Positions 49,833-59,512 of a stretch of 64,000 bases of DNA are shown here, in pieces. This DNA is from an uncultured Verrucomicrobiae bacterium (GTDB lineage Bacteria > Verrucomicrobiota > Verrucomicrobiia > Opitutales > JABDGR01), in contig CAVXVB010000002.1 in NCBI GenBank assembly GCA_963765205.1, positions 160,001-224,000 on the forward strand. Direction: 5' to 3'. The position numbers were made by a program, and so were the translations under genes. Under the pieces are notes generated by a model. It had not been told where the DNA came from and did no database searches. It worked only from the letters and a program-made list of their open reading frames with translations. The first letter of the stretch is position 1; the number at the start of each line of letters is the position of its first letter.

Positions 49833-52755
49833 GATTGGTTGTCTCCGGTTGATGATTTTTCTCCTGGTGGATTGCCGCGTCTTTGAAGGAAGGCATCGCT
49901 GTGGACGATGGCATGAATCAACGCGGAAAATTTATCACCGTTCTTGTGCATGGTCGAGACGATATCGTTGGTGGTGCGGACGTCAAACGGCTCGACATTG
50001 CGCCCGAGGGCGTAGGTCAGCATTTTGGTGGCCAGGCAGCGGCAAAACTGATCTTTGGAGGCCAGCAGGGTTTGTTCCAATTCCTTGGCGCCGTTAAAAG
50101 TGGTTCCATCGGGCAGGTGGCCGGAGGCGTCAATGGGATCATTATTGATGTCCTTGGTGCGCCAGGCGCCCGTGACATCAAAGTTTTCGAGGCTGAAGCC
50201 AATGGCATCCATGCGCTCATGGCAGGAGGCGCACACGGGATTGGTCCGATGTTGCTCCATTTGCTGGCGCAGCGTGCCCTTGAGTTGTTTTTCGTCGTCG
50301 AGGGCGGGAACGTTAGGGGGGGGCGGGGGGGGGCGGAGTCCAGTAGGTTCTCCAGCACCCATTTGCCGCGCTGCACCGGGGAGGTGCGCGTGTTGTAGGA
50401 CGTGATGGCGAGGATGCTGGCCTGGGTGATCAGGCCGCCGCGCGGGGAGTTTTTCGGGAAGGTAACCCGTTGGAACGCATCGGTGAAATTGCCCTCCAGG
50501 CCGTAGAGCTTGGCCAGTGGCGCGTTGACAAAGCTGTAATCGGCATCAATGAAATCAAGCACGCTGCGGTCTTCATCCTTGATGCTGGAGAAAAACATCT
50601 GTGTTTCCGTCAGCATCGCCGTCTTTAGTTCAGGGGTGAAATTGGGAAATTTATCGGAGTCGGGATTGACGTCCTCCACTTTGCGCAATTGCAGCCACTG
50701 ACCGGCAAAATTGTTCACGAGGGCCTCGGCCTTCGGATCCTTGAGCATGCGCGTGACCTGCTCGTCAAGATGGGCATGCAACTGGCCTTTGGCGGCCAGG
50801 GCGAACAACTCGTCGTCGGGCATGGTGCTCCACAGGAAATAGGACAGACGGGAGGCCAGCTCGTAGTCGTTGAGGGTGTGAATGTTATTCGGCTCGCCCG
50901 GCTGCGGGTCTTGCTCAATGCGGAACAGGAAATTGGGGTTGAGCAGCACCGCTTGCAGCGCAACAGTCACGCTTTTTTCAAAAGGACGGTCGGGGGTGTC
51001 CACGGAAGTAAAGAGGCCCATGAATTTGTTCACCTCGTCATCGGTGGCGGGCCGGCGGTAGGCGCGGGTGACAAAGTTGCGGATGATTTTTTCCGCCGCC
51101 TGGGTCCTGGTCAAAGTATTGGAGGGGTGCGCGACCATCACGCTCTGGTAGCTCTTGGGCATGCGCTCGGGCATCTCGGTGGCGTTGGTGAACTGGGGGC
51201 CTTCCACTTTGAGGCTAAGGACGCCGAGGATGGTCGCGCCGGGGACGACGGGCGTGGGCCCCGGGGGGGGGCCTCCACGACGGCCAGCACCCGCGCCGGC
51301 AAAATTTCGACCGGCGGTGCCCCGGGCACCGGCTGGAGCAGCCGATGAGGCGGCGGCGGGCGCAGCAGCCGGAGCGGCACTGGCCGCAGCATCGCTGCCA
51401 CCGGCAGAGGCGGCGGGATCGGCAGCGGCAATGGCACCGGCAGGAGCGGAGGACGAGATGGAAGCAGGCGCGGCGGAGGGTGTAGGAGCCGTTTGGTCAG
51501 CGGCCGGACTGGCCGCACTGGGGCTGGGATTAGCCGCAGCAGTTGCAGCCGCCGTCACGGCGGCATTGTAATCATCAAGTGTGGCACCATTGCGGAAAGC
51601 CAAAGTTATGCTATGCGGGCCAGCCGTGACGTGAATTTTCGGCGAGGCAACTTCCTGCGGGGCGTTCGCTACGGCCGAGACCTTCAGGGAATACCGGTCG
51701 GGATTCTGATCTGCTCCTTGGATGTTGGCATCAACCACCGGTATATTGCCATCAAGGTAGAAGAGAACATTAGCGGTAGGCCCGGCGTTGCCACGGCCTC
51801 CGCCGTTGCCGCCACCCGCGTAGCCCTTTAGACTAAAAATGTAATCGCCCTCCACGGGAAAATTGTAATTCACATAAATGTAGCCGGATCGTTGGAAAAC
51901 GCGGCCGAGTACCACGGGTGGGCCACCTCGGCCGCCGCGCCCGGCACCGGCATTCTGACCGGCATTCTGGCTGGCCGCAGCCAACGCCGCCGCTGCGGGC
52001 ACGGGCGGAGCCGCCGGGGCCGGATTGGTTTTGGGAATGTCCCCTTCGAGGGCTGTGGCGTCAAATACTTTGCTCGGGGGCGGCACCGTCGGGTCGGTGA
52101 ACACGGCGGCATCCAAGGATACCTCGGCGGCTTTGATATATTTCTCGAACAGCACGGGTGCAATGTTCAGCGCGTCACCATTGTTGTCGAAACCATCGCC
52201 GGCGTCATCCGCCGGGAAGCTGTCCGCGGGATGCAGGTCAATGGCGAGCAAATCGCGGACGGTATTGTCGTATTCGACGCGGTTGAGGCGGTGGATGGTG
52301 ACGCGGCCCGGGTCAATGGGTCCGCTGGCATAATAGCTGGTTGTGTATTTATCCATCCAGGCGACGACCGTGTGATACTCGTCTTCCGTGGGCCGCTTCT
52401 CTTCCTTGGGCGGCATTTTGCGGGTGTTAAGCATCTCCATCGCCTTCGCGATGGTGGGGACGCCTTTGGCCAGCGAGGCATCATCGTGGAACGTATCCAA
52501 GCGCACATCCCCTTCGGTGTCATCGGGGCCATGGCATTCGTAACAATGCGCGGCCAGAAAGGGCTGAACAGTCTGCTGGAATTCCGCAAAAGTGGGGATC
52601 GCGGGTTGCGGCGGCGGGGTCTGCGCCAGCTTGGGATTCGAGCACGCCAGCAGCACCAAGGCGGTAAGACTCGAGGCAATGCTGATCCGTTGGAAGGGCC
52701 GTTGGGAAAAGCCGGCCGGTTCCTTTGCTTGGTGGGGTTTACCAAGGTGAAACAT
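49829..52755 (-). CDS. DUF1592/1587/1588/1595/1585 planctomycete-type cytochrome c protein (frameshift in G-runs at ~50320)
   Basis: CYECH, HRLNRVEYDNT, GFDNNG, RAYRRP, ELASRLSYFLWS, FAGQWL, TSPVQRGKW; then PPPPNVP, CASCH and YALGR in another frame. Confidence 0.9.
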
Positions 52756-53021
52756 AAATATCGCGACAGGGTTAACTAGGGGGCATAGGCTGGCAAACCA
52801 TTAATGCAAATATTCAGATAGTTTACAAGCCTGATTGTGGTTGCTAATAGGCGTCATCCAGCCGACTAAAAAAAGCAAAAAATTTTCGACTACACCAGCG
52901 CCTTAGGCCCAACTGGTTCTGCTTCGAAAATATCTTGCGTTTCTTATCTGGCAGGATTGCGATATAGCCCACAACGGCTTCAACCCCAATAAACGGGAAC
53001 AGTTTCAGTTCTTTCCACCCC

Positions 53022-55127
53022 ATGAAACATTATCTCCTCGCGGTTTTTTTGGCCGCCCCCATCGCTCTCTACCCCGTCCGGGCCTCCGCCCAGACTCCCA
53101 TCGCCCCTACCCCGGTCGAACCGTCTTCGGCTCTGCAAGGCGAAGCCATTCCTGTGCCCGGCCAGCCCGCCCCGGCCGGTCGCCGGGGTGGTGGTGGCCC
53201 GACGGCGGCCGCCACCCATAGTTTCACGGCCGACGAATTGGCGCAATTGCATGCCAAGCTGGATGAATTGAACGCCGCCATCAAGGCGCTCAAGGATGCC
53301 AAAGCCGATGATGATTTGGTGGTGGATGCCGAATCCTGCGGCTGGATTGTTGAAACCGCCTTGCGCGTCCCGAATAACTTTGGGGCCGATACCCCTGCAA
53401 CTGCCAACCCTTTCAGCAAGTGCATCGCCAGTCTTGATGCGGGCCTGCGCCGCGCCCAGCAGATTAAGGATGGCACGGCGGTGTGGCCCAAAATCACTGG
53501 CTCGGTCAAACGGGCCTATCGCTCGGTGGTGGATGGCACAGCCCAGCCGTATGAATTGTCCATCCCGGCCTCTTATGACCCGGCCAAACCCATCGCACTT
53601 TACGTTTACCTCCACGGCATGAGCCATTATGTCCCTGATTTGGGTTGGGATTGGACCGGGGGCAACGACCAGCCTGGCAGTCGGGGCGGCAGCAATAACT
53701 ACATCAGCATGAACGTCTTCGGACGGGGCAACAACTCCTTCCGCTGGGCCGGAGAAACGGATGTCATGGAAGCCATCGCCTCCGTGCGCAAGCGCTACAA
53801 TATTGACCCGGACCGCATTGTGCTGGCCGGTTTTTCGATGGGAGGCGCGGGTTCCTGGCAAATTGGCCTGCATAACCCGGATATGTTCTGCGGGCTGGAG
53901 ATTGACGCCGGCGTCATCGGCAACCGCCTGAACCTGGATGGCCTGACCCCCGCGCAAAAAGCCGCGACGGCCACCTACGGCATTATGATTCCGCACGCCG
54001 TCAACGTGGTGGACGTTCCCCTCGTGGGCTATGCCGGGCAAAACGACGCCCAACTGGCCTCCTCGAAGAGCATCTCCGCGCAGCTCGTGCGCGAGGGTTA
54101 CCACATGCAGGAGGTTTCCCCGCTTTATTCTGTGGGCACGGACATCTTCACAGTCTGGCTGGCTTCGCCCGGCCAGGGCCATTCGCACGCCGCCCACGAC
54201 AATGTGCAGGACACCCTGGGCATAATTAATAATTTCACCAACGCCAACATGGTGCGCGGGCGCGTCAACCCGGACCACATTCGCTTCGTCACCTACACCC
54301 TGCGCTACAACCACGATTTTTGGCTCACCGTGGACGCGTTGCAACAGCAGTTTGACCAGGCTCGGGTGGATGCCACGCGCGATGCCGCCAAGGCCAATTA
54401 TACGATCACGACGCAAAACATCTCGCGCCTCGTGCTCAACGAAACCGCGGCGGCCAAACAAATTACCATTGATGGCGATACCCTCGCGGTGACGTTTGCG
54501 CCCAGCATTACCCTCGCGCGCAATGCCGCCGGCCACTGGCAAACTGCCAGCGCCACCGCCGACACGGGCCTGCGCAAGCAGCACGACCTGCAAGGCCCCG
54601 TCAACGACGCGTTTTTTGACTCATTCCTCTGCGTGACGCCCACCGGCACTCCCTTCAACGCCATTGCCGACGAACGCGGTAAACAGGAGCTGACCCGTTT
54701 CTCGGCGGCCTTCACGCGCGACTATTGCGGACTCGCCCGCACCAAGGCCGACACGGACATCACCGCCGACGACATCGCCAACAGCAACCTCGTCCTCTTC
54801 GGCGATCCCGCCAGCAATAAAATCCTCGCGAAAATCGCCGATAAACTCCCCATCAAATGGACCAAGGACAGTATTATCGTCGGCGACCAAACCTACAGCG
54901 CCGCCGACCACGTTCCTGTCCTCATTTATCCCAATCCCCTCAATCCGAAGCACTACATCGTGCTCAACACCGGCCTCATTGCCGGCGGTGGGGGTGGCGG
55001 CGGCGCACAAGGCTACGGCGACTTTGCCATCCTTCAAGTCTCCCAAGACGCCAACGGCCGCATCACCGATAAAGTTGCCCAGGACGGCGTCTTCGACGAA
55101 TCCTGGAAACTGCCGTCGAAGATGTAA
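53022..55127 (+). CDS. secreted alpha/beta hydrolase (peptidase S9/esterase-like)
   Basis: Signal peptide; YRSVVDGTAQPY, VYLHG, GETDVMEA, IDPDRIVLAGFSMGG (nucleophile elbow). Confidence 0.85.
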   Translation: MKHYLLAVFLAAPIALYPVRASAQTPIAPTPVEPSSALQGEAIPVPGQPAPAGRRGGGGPTAAATHSFTADELAQLHAKLDELNAAIKALKDAKADDDLVVDAESCGWIVETALRVPNNFGADTPATANPFSKCIASLDAGLRRAQQIKDGTAVWPKITGSVKRAYRSVVDGTAQPYELSIPASYDPAKPIALYVYLHGMSHYVPDLGWDWTGGNDQPGSRGGSNNYISMNVFGRGNNSFRWAGETDVMEAIASVRKRYNIDPDRIVLAGFSMGGAGSWQIGLHNPDMFCGLEIDAGVIGNRLNLDGLTPAQKAATATYGIMIPHAVNVVDVPLVGYAGQNDAQLASSKSISAQLVREGYHMQEVSPLYSVGTDIFTVWLASPGQGHSHAAHDNVQDTLGIINNFTNANMVRGRVNPDHIRFVTYTLRYNHDFWLTVDALQQQFDQARVDATRDAAKANYTITTQNISRLVLNETAAAKQITIDGDTLAVTFAPSITLARNAAGHWQTASATADTGLRKQHDLQGPVNDAFFDSFLCVTPTGTPFNAIADERGKQELTRFSAAFTRDYCGLARTKADTDITADDIANSNLVLFGDPASNKILAKIADKLPIKWTKDSIIVGDQTYSAADHVPVLIYPNPLNPKHYIVLNTGLIAGGGGGGGAQGYGDFAILQVSQDANGRITDKVAQDGVFDESWKLPSKM

Positions 55128-55209
55128 TGACAGGAAAGGTGGCACCACTCCATCGCGGCCGCCCGTCATTTACTGCGAAAGCGAAGACGGGTTCCCCTAA
55201 CGTCAACCT

Positions 55210-55851
55210 ATGCCATTCCGATACAGAATTTGGCGCACGACCCGAGTCTTTTTCGGGTTGGGCGTTTTGCTGGCCGGTGGCGGCGCGCCATTGTCGGCCG
55301 CGCCCCCTTCCGCCACGACCCCGCCGGTTGCGAATCAGCCGGCCGCAGCCCCCCCCGCAGCGCCCACACCCGCGGCCAAGCCGCCCGCCGCGACCCAGCC
55401 TGGGGTGTCGCTGTCAGCCACTCCGCCGCCTGCGACTACTTCGTCCGCCCCCTCTCCACCTGCCATGCCTCCGCCCGCCGCAGCCGGCAGCCGGGTGCCA
55501 TATTCGGAATTTGCGGATTTGCAATATTTTCTGTTAAAGGACACGAACACGGTCGTGATTGAATTTTTCGATGGCAGCGGCATCACGGTTGTCGACATCC
55601 AGTGCGAAATGCAGCCGAACGCATCCGCGCCGGTTCTCCAGGTCCGCATTTTGGGCAACAAAGTTGGCCCGGAATCGAAAAAGTTTGTCTGGGATACTGA
55701 TGGCAACGCCGTTTACTACTTTGATGTCGGCGCGGTGGACAAATCAAAGTTACGCGTGGTTTACGATGACGACCAAGGCCCGCACGACGTTCCTGCGGCG
55801 GGCATTATTGACCAGCCCTTCGAACCCGAACATCCGACCTCCACCAAGTGA
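55210..55851 (+). CDS. hypothetical secreted protein with Pro/Ala-rich linker
   Basis: Signal-like N-terminus, ~65-aa P/A/T linker, small beta-rich C-terminal domain. Confidence 0.65.
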   Translation: MPFRYRIWRTTRVFFGLGVLLAGGGAPLSAAPPSATTPPVANQPAAAPPAAPTPAAKPPAATQPGVSLSATPPPATTSSAPSPPAMPPPAAAGSRVPYSEFADLQYFLLKDTNTVVIEFFDGSGITVVDIQCEMQPNASAPVLQVRILGNKVGPESKKFVWDTDGNAVYYFDVGAVDKSKLRVVYDDDQGPHDVPAAGIIDQPFEPEHPTSTK

Positions 55852-56057
55852 GGCCCTGGGTCGTGGATTTTCCTTCGCCCTCACGATTTTAGCAAGTAGT
55901 TGGTCGGTTTGAATTTACAATGCAACCTTTGAGCTGCCAGGTAGTTGGTTTTGCGCCACCCTACGGCCATCACGAGGGAAGCCGGGATGGCTGACCAGGT
56001 TTGGGAAGTTATGGAAGTTGTTGCGTTTCCAGACCCAAAGAGTGTAGAGAAAGCGTT

Positions 56058-56279
56058 ATGAGTGACAAGCCAAGCGACCTGTTTGATTATGTTTTGGGAG
56101 AACGTGCGGTTAATCATGCCCAGAAAAGCGCTTCTTTCACTCTGGCACTCCTGGCCATGGCGCTTACTGCGCTGGTGTTGATTTTTCTGCCGTCCTGGCC
56201 CGCAGTAGCCGGAGTTATGTCCATGAATGGAATGGTGGCGGTTGTTTGTTTAGCATTGGCAAAAGAAACGCGGAAATGA
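56058..56279 (+). CDS. small hypothetical membrane protein (2 TM)
   Basis: MSDKPSDLFDYVLGERA.. followed by two hydrophobic segments. Confidence 0.5.
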   Translation: MSDKPSDLFDYVLGERAVNHAQKSASFTLALLAMALTALVLIFLPSWPAVAGVMSMNGMVAVVCLALAKETRK

Positions 56280-56461
56280 GCGGCAAGTTCGTGGGTTCGG
56301 CAAGACCAACAACCGCAAACCCCGGGTAAATTGGATGACTTGGTTTCAAACTGACTCACTACCTTTACTCTTGAGTTTTAGACCGCCACCGGGAAACATT
56401 CCGTTGGCTTAACCAGCATCTCGTTTGAGACCCGCTGGTAAAGTTTACCCCTGTATTACCC

Positions 56462-57670
56462 ATGAAAATACTACCCCTTGCCCTATCCTTTTCGGCTCTC
56501 TTAGTTGCCCCGCTCGCCGGCTTTGCCGCCGACGCCACGGCCACTCCTGCGGATGCCACCCCGTCGGCGGTCAGTGCGCCCGCTGCGGTCTCTACAACTT
56601 CTGCGGCCTCCGCGGCCGCAACCCCGGCCGCCAGCGGTGCAGCCCCGCGCGCGGGCGGCCCGCGGGGTCGCGGCGCACCGGCCGCAGCCCCGGTGGCTTT
56701 TACGGGGACGCCGGCCACGGGCGCGATCTGGATGCCGTCGCCGAACCCCAATGCCATTGGCAAGTATCCCTATGGACCGGACTCGGTGGTGCATGACGGT
56801 GTGCCGCAGGGGACGTTCGATAAATATGTCAACACGAGTAAAATCGTCTATCCGGGGGTCATGCGCCGCGTGTGGGTTTATGTGCCCGCGCAATACGACC
56901 CGAAGGTGCCCGCATGCCTGATGGTGGTGCAGGACGGGGTTATGCAGTATGCGGGGCGCGTGGCGGACCGCACGATGGGCATCACGCCGGAATATTGCGT
57001 GCCCACGGTGATTGACAACCTGACCGCCCGCCATGAATTGCCCGTCATTATTTCCGTGTTCATTGACTCGGGCAGCACAACCCTGGGGGACACGGGCCGG
57101 CCCGTGAAGCAGAACCGCAGCATCGAATACGACACGGTTTCCGACGCCTATTACCAATTCATCAGCCAGGAGATTTTGCCCGATATCGAAAAGAAATACA
57201 ACATCCGCAAAGACCCCGCGGGCCGGGCCATCATCGGCATCAGCTCCGGCGCGATCTGCGCGTTCAACGTCGCCTGGAACCACCCGGACCAATTCGGCAA
57301 GGTGCTCAGCGACGTGGGCAGCTTCACCAACATTCGTGGGGGGGACGTTTTCCCGAGCCTCGTACAGGCCGCCGACAAGAAGCCCATCAAAGTGTTTATG
57401 TCGGATGGGACGAACGACCAGCGCCGCCCGACCGATCCGACGCGCGACTGGTATTTGCAAAACAAGCTGATGTATGAGGCCCTGCGCGACAAGGGCTACG
57501 AGGTGCGCTACGTGCTCGGCGAAAATGTCCACGGCAGCGACCTCGGCGGGCCGATTTTTCCGGACTCCGTGCGTTGGCTCTGGAGCGACCAGTTGCCGAA
57601 GGCTGCGATCCCGGTGGCCCAACCAGCGGCCGGCAGTGCGACTACAGCGGCGGTCGCGCCGGCCAAGTAG
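56462..57670 (+). CDS. secreted esterase (enterochelin-esterase/Fes-like alpha/beta hydrolase)
   Basis: VWVYVPAQY, VVQDG, NRSIEYD, GISSGA, GSFTNI and VRWLW. Confidence 0.88.
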   Translation: MKILPLALSFSALLVAPLAGFAADATATPADATPSAVSAPAAVSTTSAASAAATPAASGAAPRAGGPRGRGAPAAAPVAFTGTPATGAIWMPSPNPNAIGKYPYGPDSVVHDGVPQGTFDKYVNTSKIVYPGVMRRVWVYVPAQYDPKVPACLMVVQDGVMQYAGRVADRTMGITPEYCVPTVIDNLTARHELPVIISVFIDSGSTTLGDTGRPVKQNRSIEYDTVSDAYYQFISQEILPDIEKKYNIRKDPAGRAIIGISSGAICAFNVAWNHPDQFGKVLSDVGSFTNIRGGDVFPSLVQAADKKPIKVFMSDGTNDQRRPTDPTRDWYLQNKLMYEALRDKGYEVRYVLGENVHGSDLGGPIFPDSVRWLWSDQLPKAAIPVAQPAAGSATTAAVAPAK

Positions 57671-57713
57671 GTTGGCGGAAATATTGGCGGGACGCTTCCT
57701 TCAGAGCGCGGGC

Positions 57714-58719
57714 TAGAGCATTTTCAAAAATAGTGTAGCCATTTTTAGAAAGGTGTGTTATATTGCGGGCGCATGAAAACCATCTCGCTGGATTTACGGG
57801 AACGCATCCTGGCCGCGTATGACGCGGACGAGGGCACGCGGGAGGAGGTGGCTTGGCGCTTCCGGGTTTCCCTGGGGCTGGTCAAGAAGCTGCTCCAGCA
57901 GCGCCGCCGCCTCGGCGACCTGCGCCCCCAGCGCCACCGCAGCGGGCGCAAGCCGCGCCTGCGCGAACAACACCGTCAGCGCCTGCGCCGGCTGGTCGCC
58001 GAGAAGCCTGACCGCACCTTGCGCGAATTGCGGGAGGCGTTGGGCCTGGACTGCGCGCTGCCGACGATTCATTATGCCCTGGCCACGCTGGGCCTGACCT
58101 ATAAAAAAAACGCTGCGCGCCGCCGAGCAAGACCGGCCCGACCTCGCCCGGCGGCGGCGGCGCTGGCGGCGCCGGCAAGGCGGCTGGGACCCCGCGCGGC
58201 TCGTTTTCCTCGATGAAGCCGGCGGCCAAAACCAATATGACGCGCCTGCGCGGCCGCGCCCCCCGCGGCCAGCGGCTGCGGGCCAAATGTCCGCACGGGC
58301 ACTGGCGCACCACCACGATGCTCTCCTCCATCCGGCTGGACGGTTCGACCGCCTGCCTGACCATCGAGGCGGCCACCGACACGGACGTCTTCCGCGCCTA
58401 TGTGCGCGCAGTGCTTGCGCCCACCCTGCGCCCCGGCGATGTGGTGATCATGGACAACCTCAGCCCGCACAAAAACGACCACACCCGCACGCTGATCCGC
58501 GCCGCCGGCGCGAGCATCGAGTTCCTGCCCGCCTACTCGCCCGACCTCAACCCCATCGAAATGATGTGGAGCAAAGTCAAATCCCTGCTGCGCGCCGCCG
58601 AGGCCCGCACCGCGCCCGAACTGCTCACCGCCATCGGCGCGGCCCTGCGCCAGGTCACCGCCCAGGATGCCGCCCATTGGTTGGCCCATTGTGGCTACAG
58701 CTTTATCTAAAATGCTCTA
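57714..58719 (+). mobile_element. IS630-family insertion sequence (copy B)
   Basis: TIR GAGCATTTT..TGTAGCCA at both ends, TA on both flanks. Confidence 0.92.
57773..58710 (+). CDS. IS630 transposase, split at an A8 run (~58105) with a further indel near 58220
   Basis: MKTISLDLRERI HTH; YKK; LVFLDE; VIMDN; LPAYSPDLNPIE. Confidence 0.85.
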
Positions 58720-58729
58720 AAGCACCGCG

Positions 58730-59422
58730 CTAGGGATTGATCTCCAACCCGCCAGCATTTTTGGCGTCGCCCAGGATTTCCAAATGGACATTTCGCAGTC
58801 GAGTGCCGGCGACGAGGCCGATTTCGTTGCTTCCGTTGGTGTCGAGCGGGCCGCGAATTTCGCCCGTGTAATCGCCGAAGGTAAAGGTGATGTTTTCCGC
58901 GGTGGCCACCAGGGAAAACGGGATCCACTGGTGCAAGGGCGACGGCGGTAGCTGGGCCAGGTGAACAATGCCCATTTGTGCCAGCCCGCCGAGGAGCCGC
59001 CGCTTGTCGCGCAGCAAGCGCGAGTCCACTTGATACCGGTGCAAGCCGTCAACCTGTCGGAGAAACAAGCCCAACCCATCCGGGCGATCCGTGGGGAATT
59101 TCTCCGTCGGCGATGGTCCGTCGAGCCAAACTTCGCCATTCAACATAAATGATTTGTTCTCCGTCTGATTCAGTTTGATGATCAAATCCTTGGGCGCGAC
59201 GTAAACGCCCGCCTCCGGGCTGACGGGCTGGGGCGTAATGGAGGGCTGGTTTCCTTTCACTGGCCCGATGGCCGGCGGCGGCGGGGTGGCGGGCAGGTTG
59301 CTGGGCCGGGGAAGAAGCTCGAAGGGCCAGTTTGCGTCACCGACGGCACGCAAGTTGGGAGCGGCCAGCGCCGTCCCGGCACCCATCACGAACACAAGCA
59401 AGAAGGCGGATTGGCGGGGCAT
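58730..59422 (-). CDS. hypothetical secreted protein
   Basis: Signal peptide (ALA-AP), Pro-rich linker, beta-rich domain. Confidence 0.6.
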   Translation of the reverse strand: MPRQSAFLLVFVMGAGTALAAPNLRAVGDANWPFELLPRPSNLPATPPPPAIGPVKGNQPSITPQPVSPEAGVYVAPKDLIIKLNQTENKSFMLNGEVWLDGPSPTEKFPTDRPDGLGLFLRQVDGLHRYQVDSRLLRDKRRLLGGLAQMGIVHLAQLPPSPLHQWIPFSLVATAENITFTFGDYTGEIRGPLDTNGSNEIGLVAGTRLRNVHLEILGDAKNAGGLEINP

Positions 59423-59512
59423 GGCAAAAATCCTTCCATCTTCCAAAAGGTGGCGACGCAAATTTACTTTTCAGCGGCCCAAAACGCAAGGCAAAGAGCT
59501 CGGGCACAGCCT

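Noticed and set aside
50316..50333. Phase-variable poly-G switch in the DUF1592 gene
   Set aside because: The runs encode the family's poly-Pro motif and the assembly shows other indels; sequencing error is more parsimonious, though not excluded without reads.
55852..56057. Possible riboswitch or ncRNA in this spacer
   Set aside because: No conserved riboswitch core could be recognised by eye; an Rfam scan would be needed.
13874..58719. Composite transposon bounded by the two IS630 copies
   Set aside because: The copies are divergent, each has its own TA flanks, and the interval is core housekeeping DNA.
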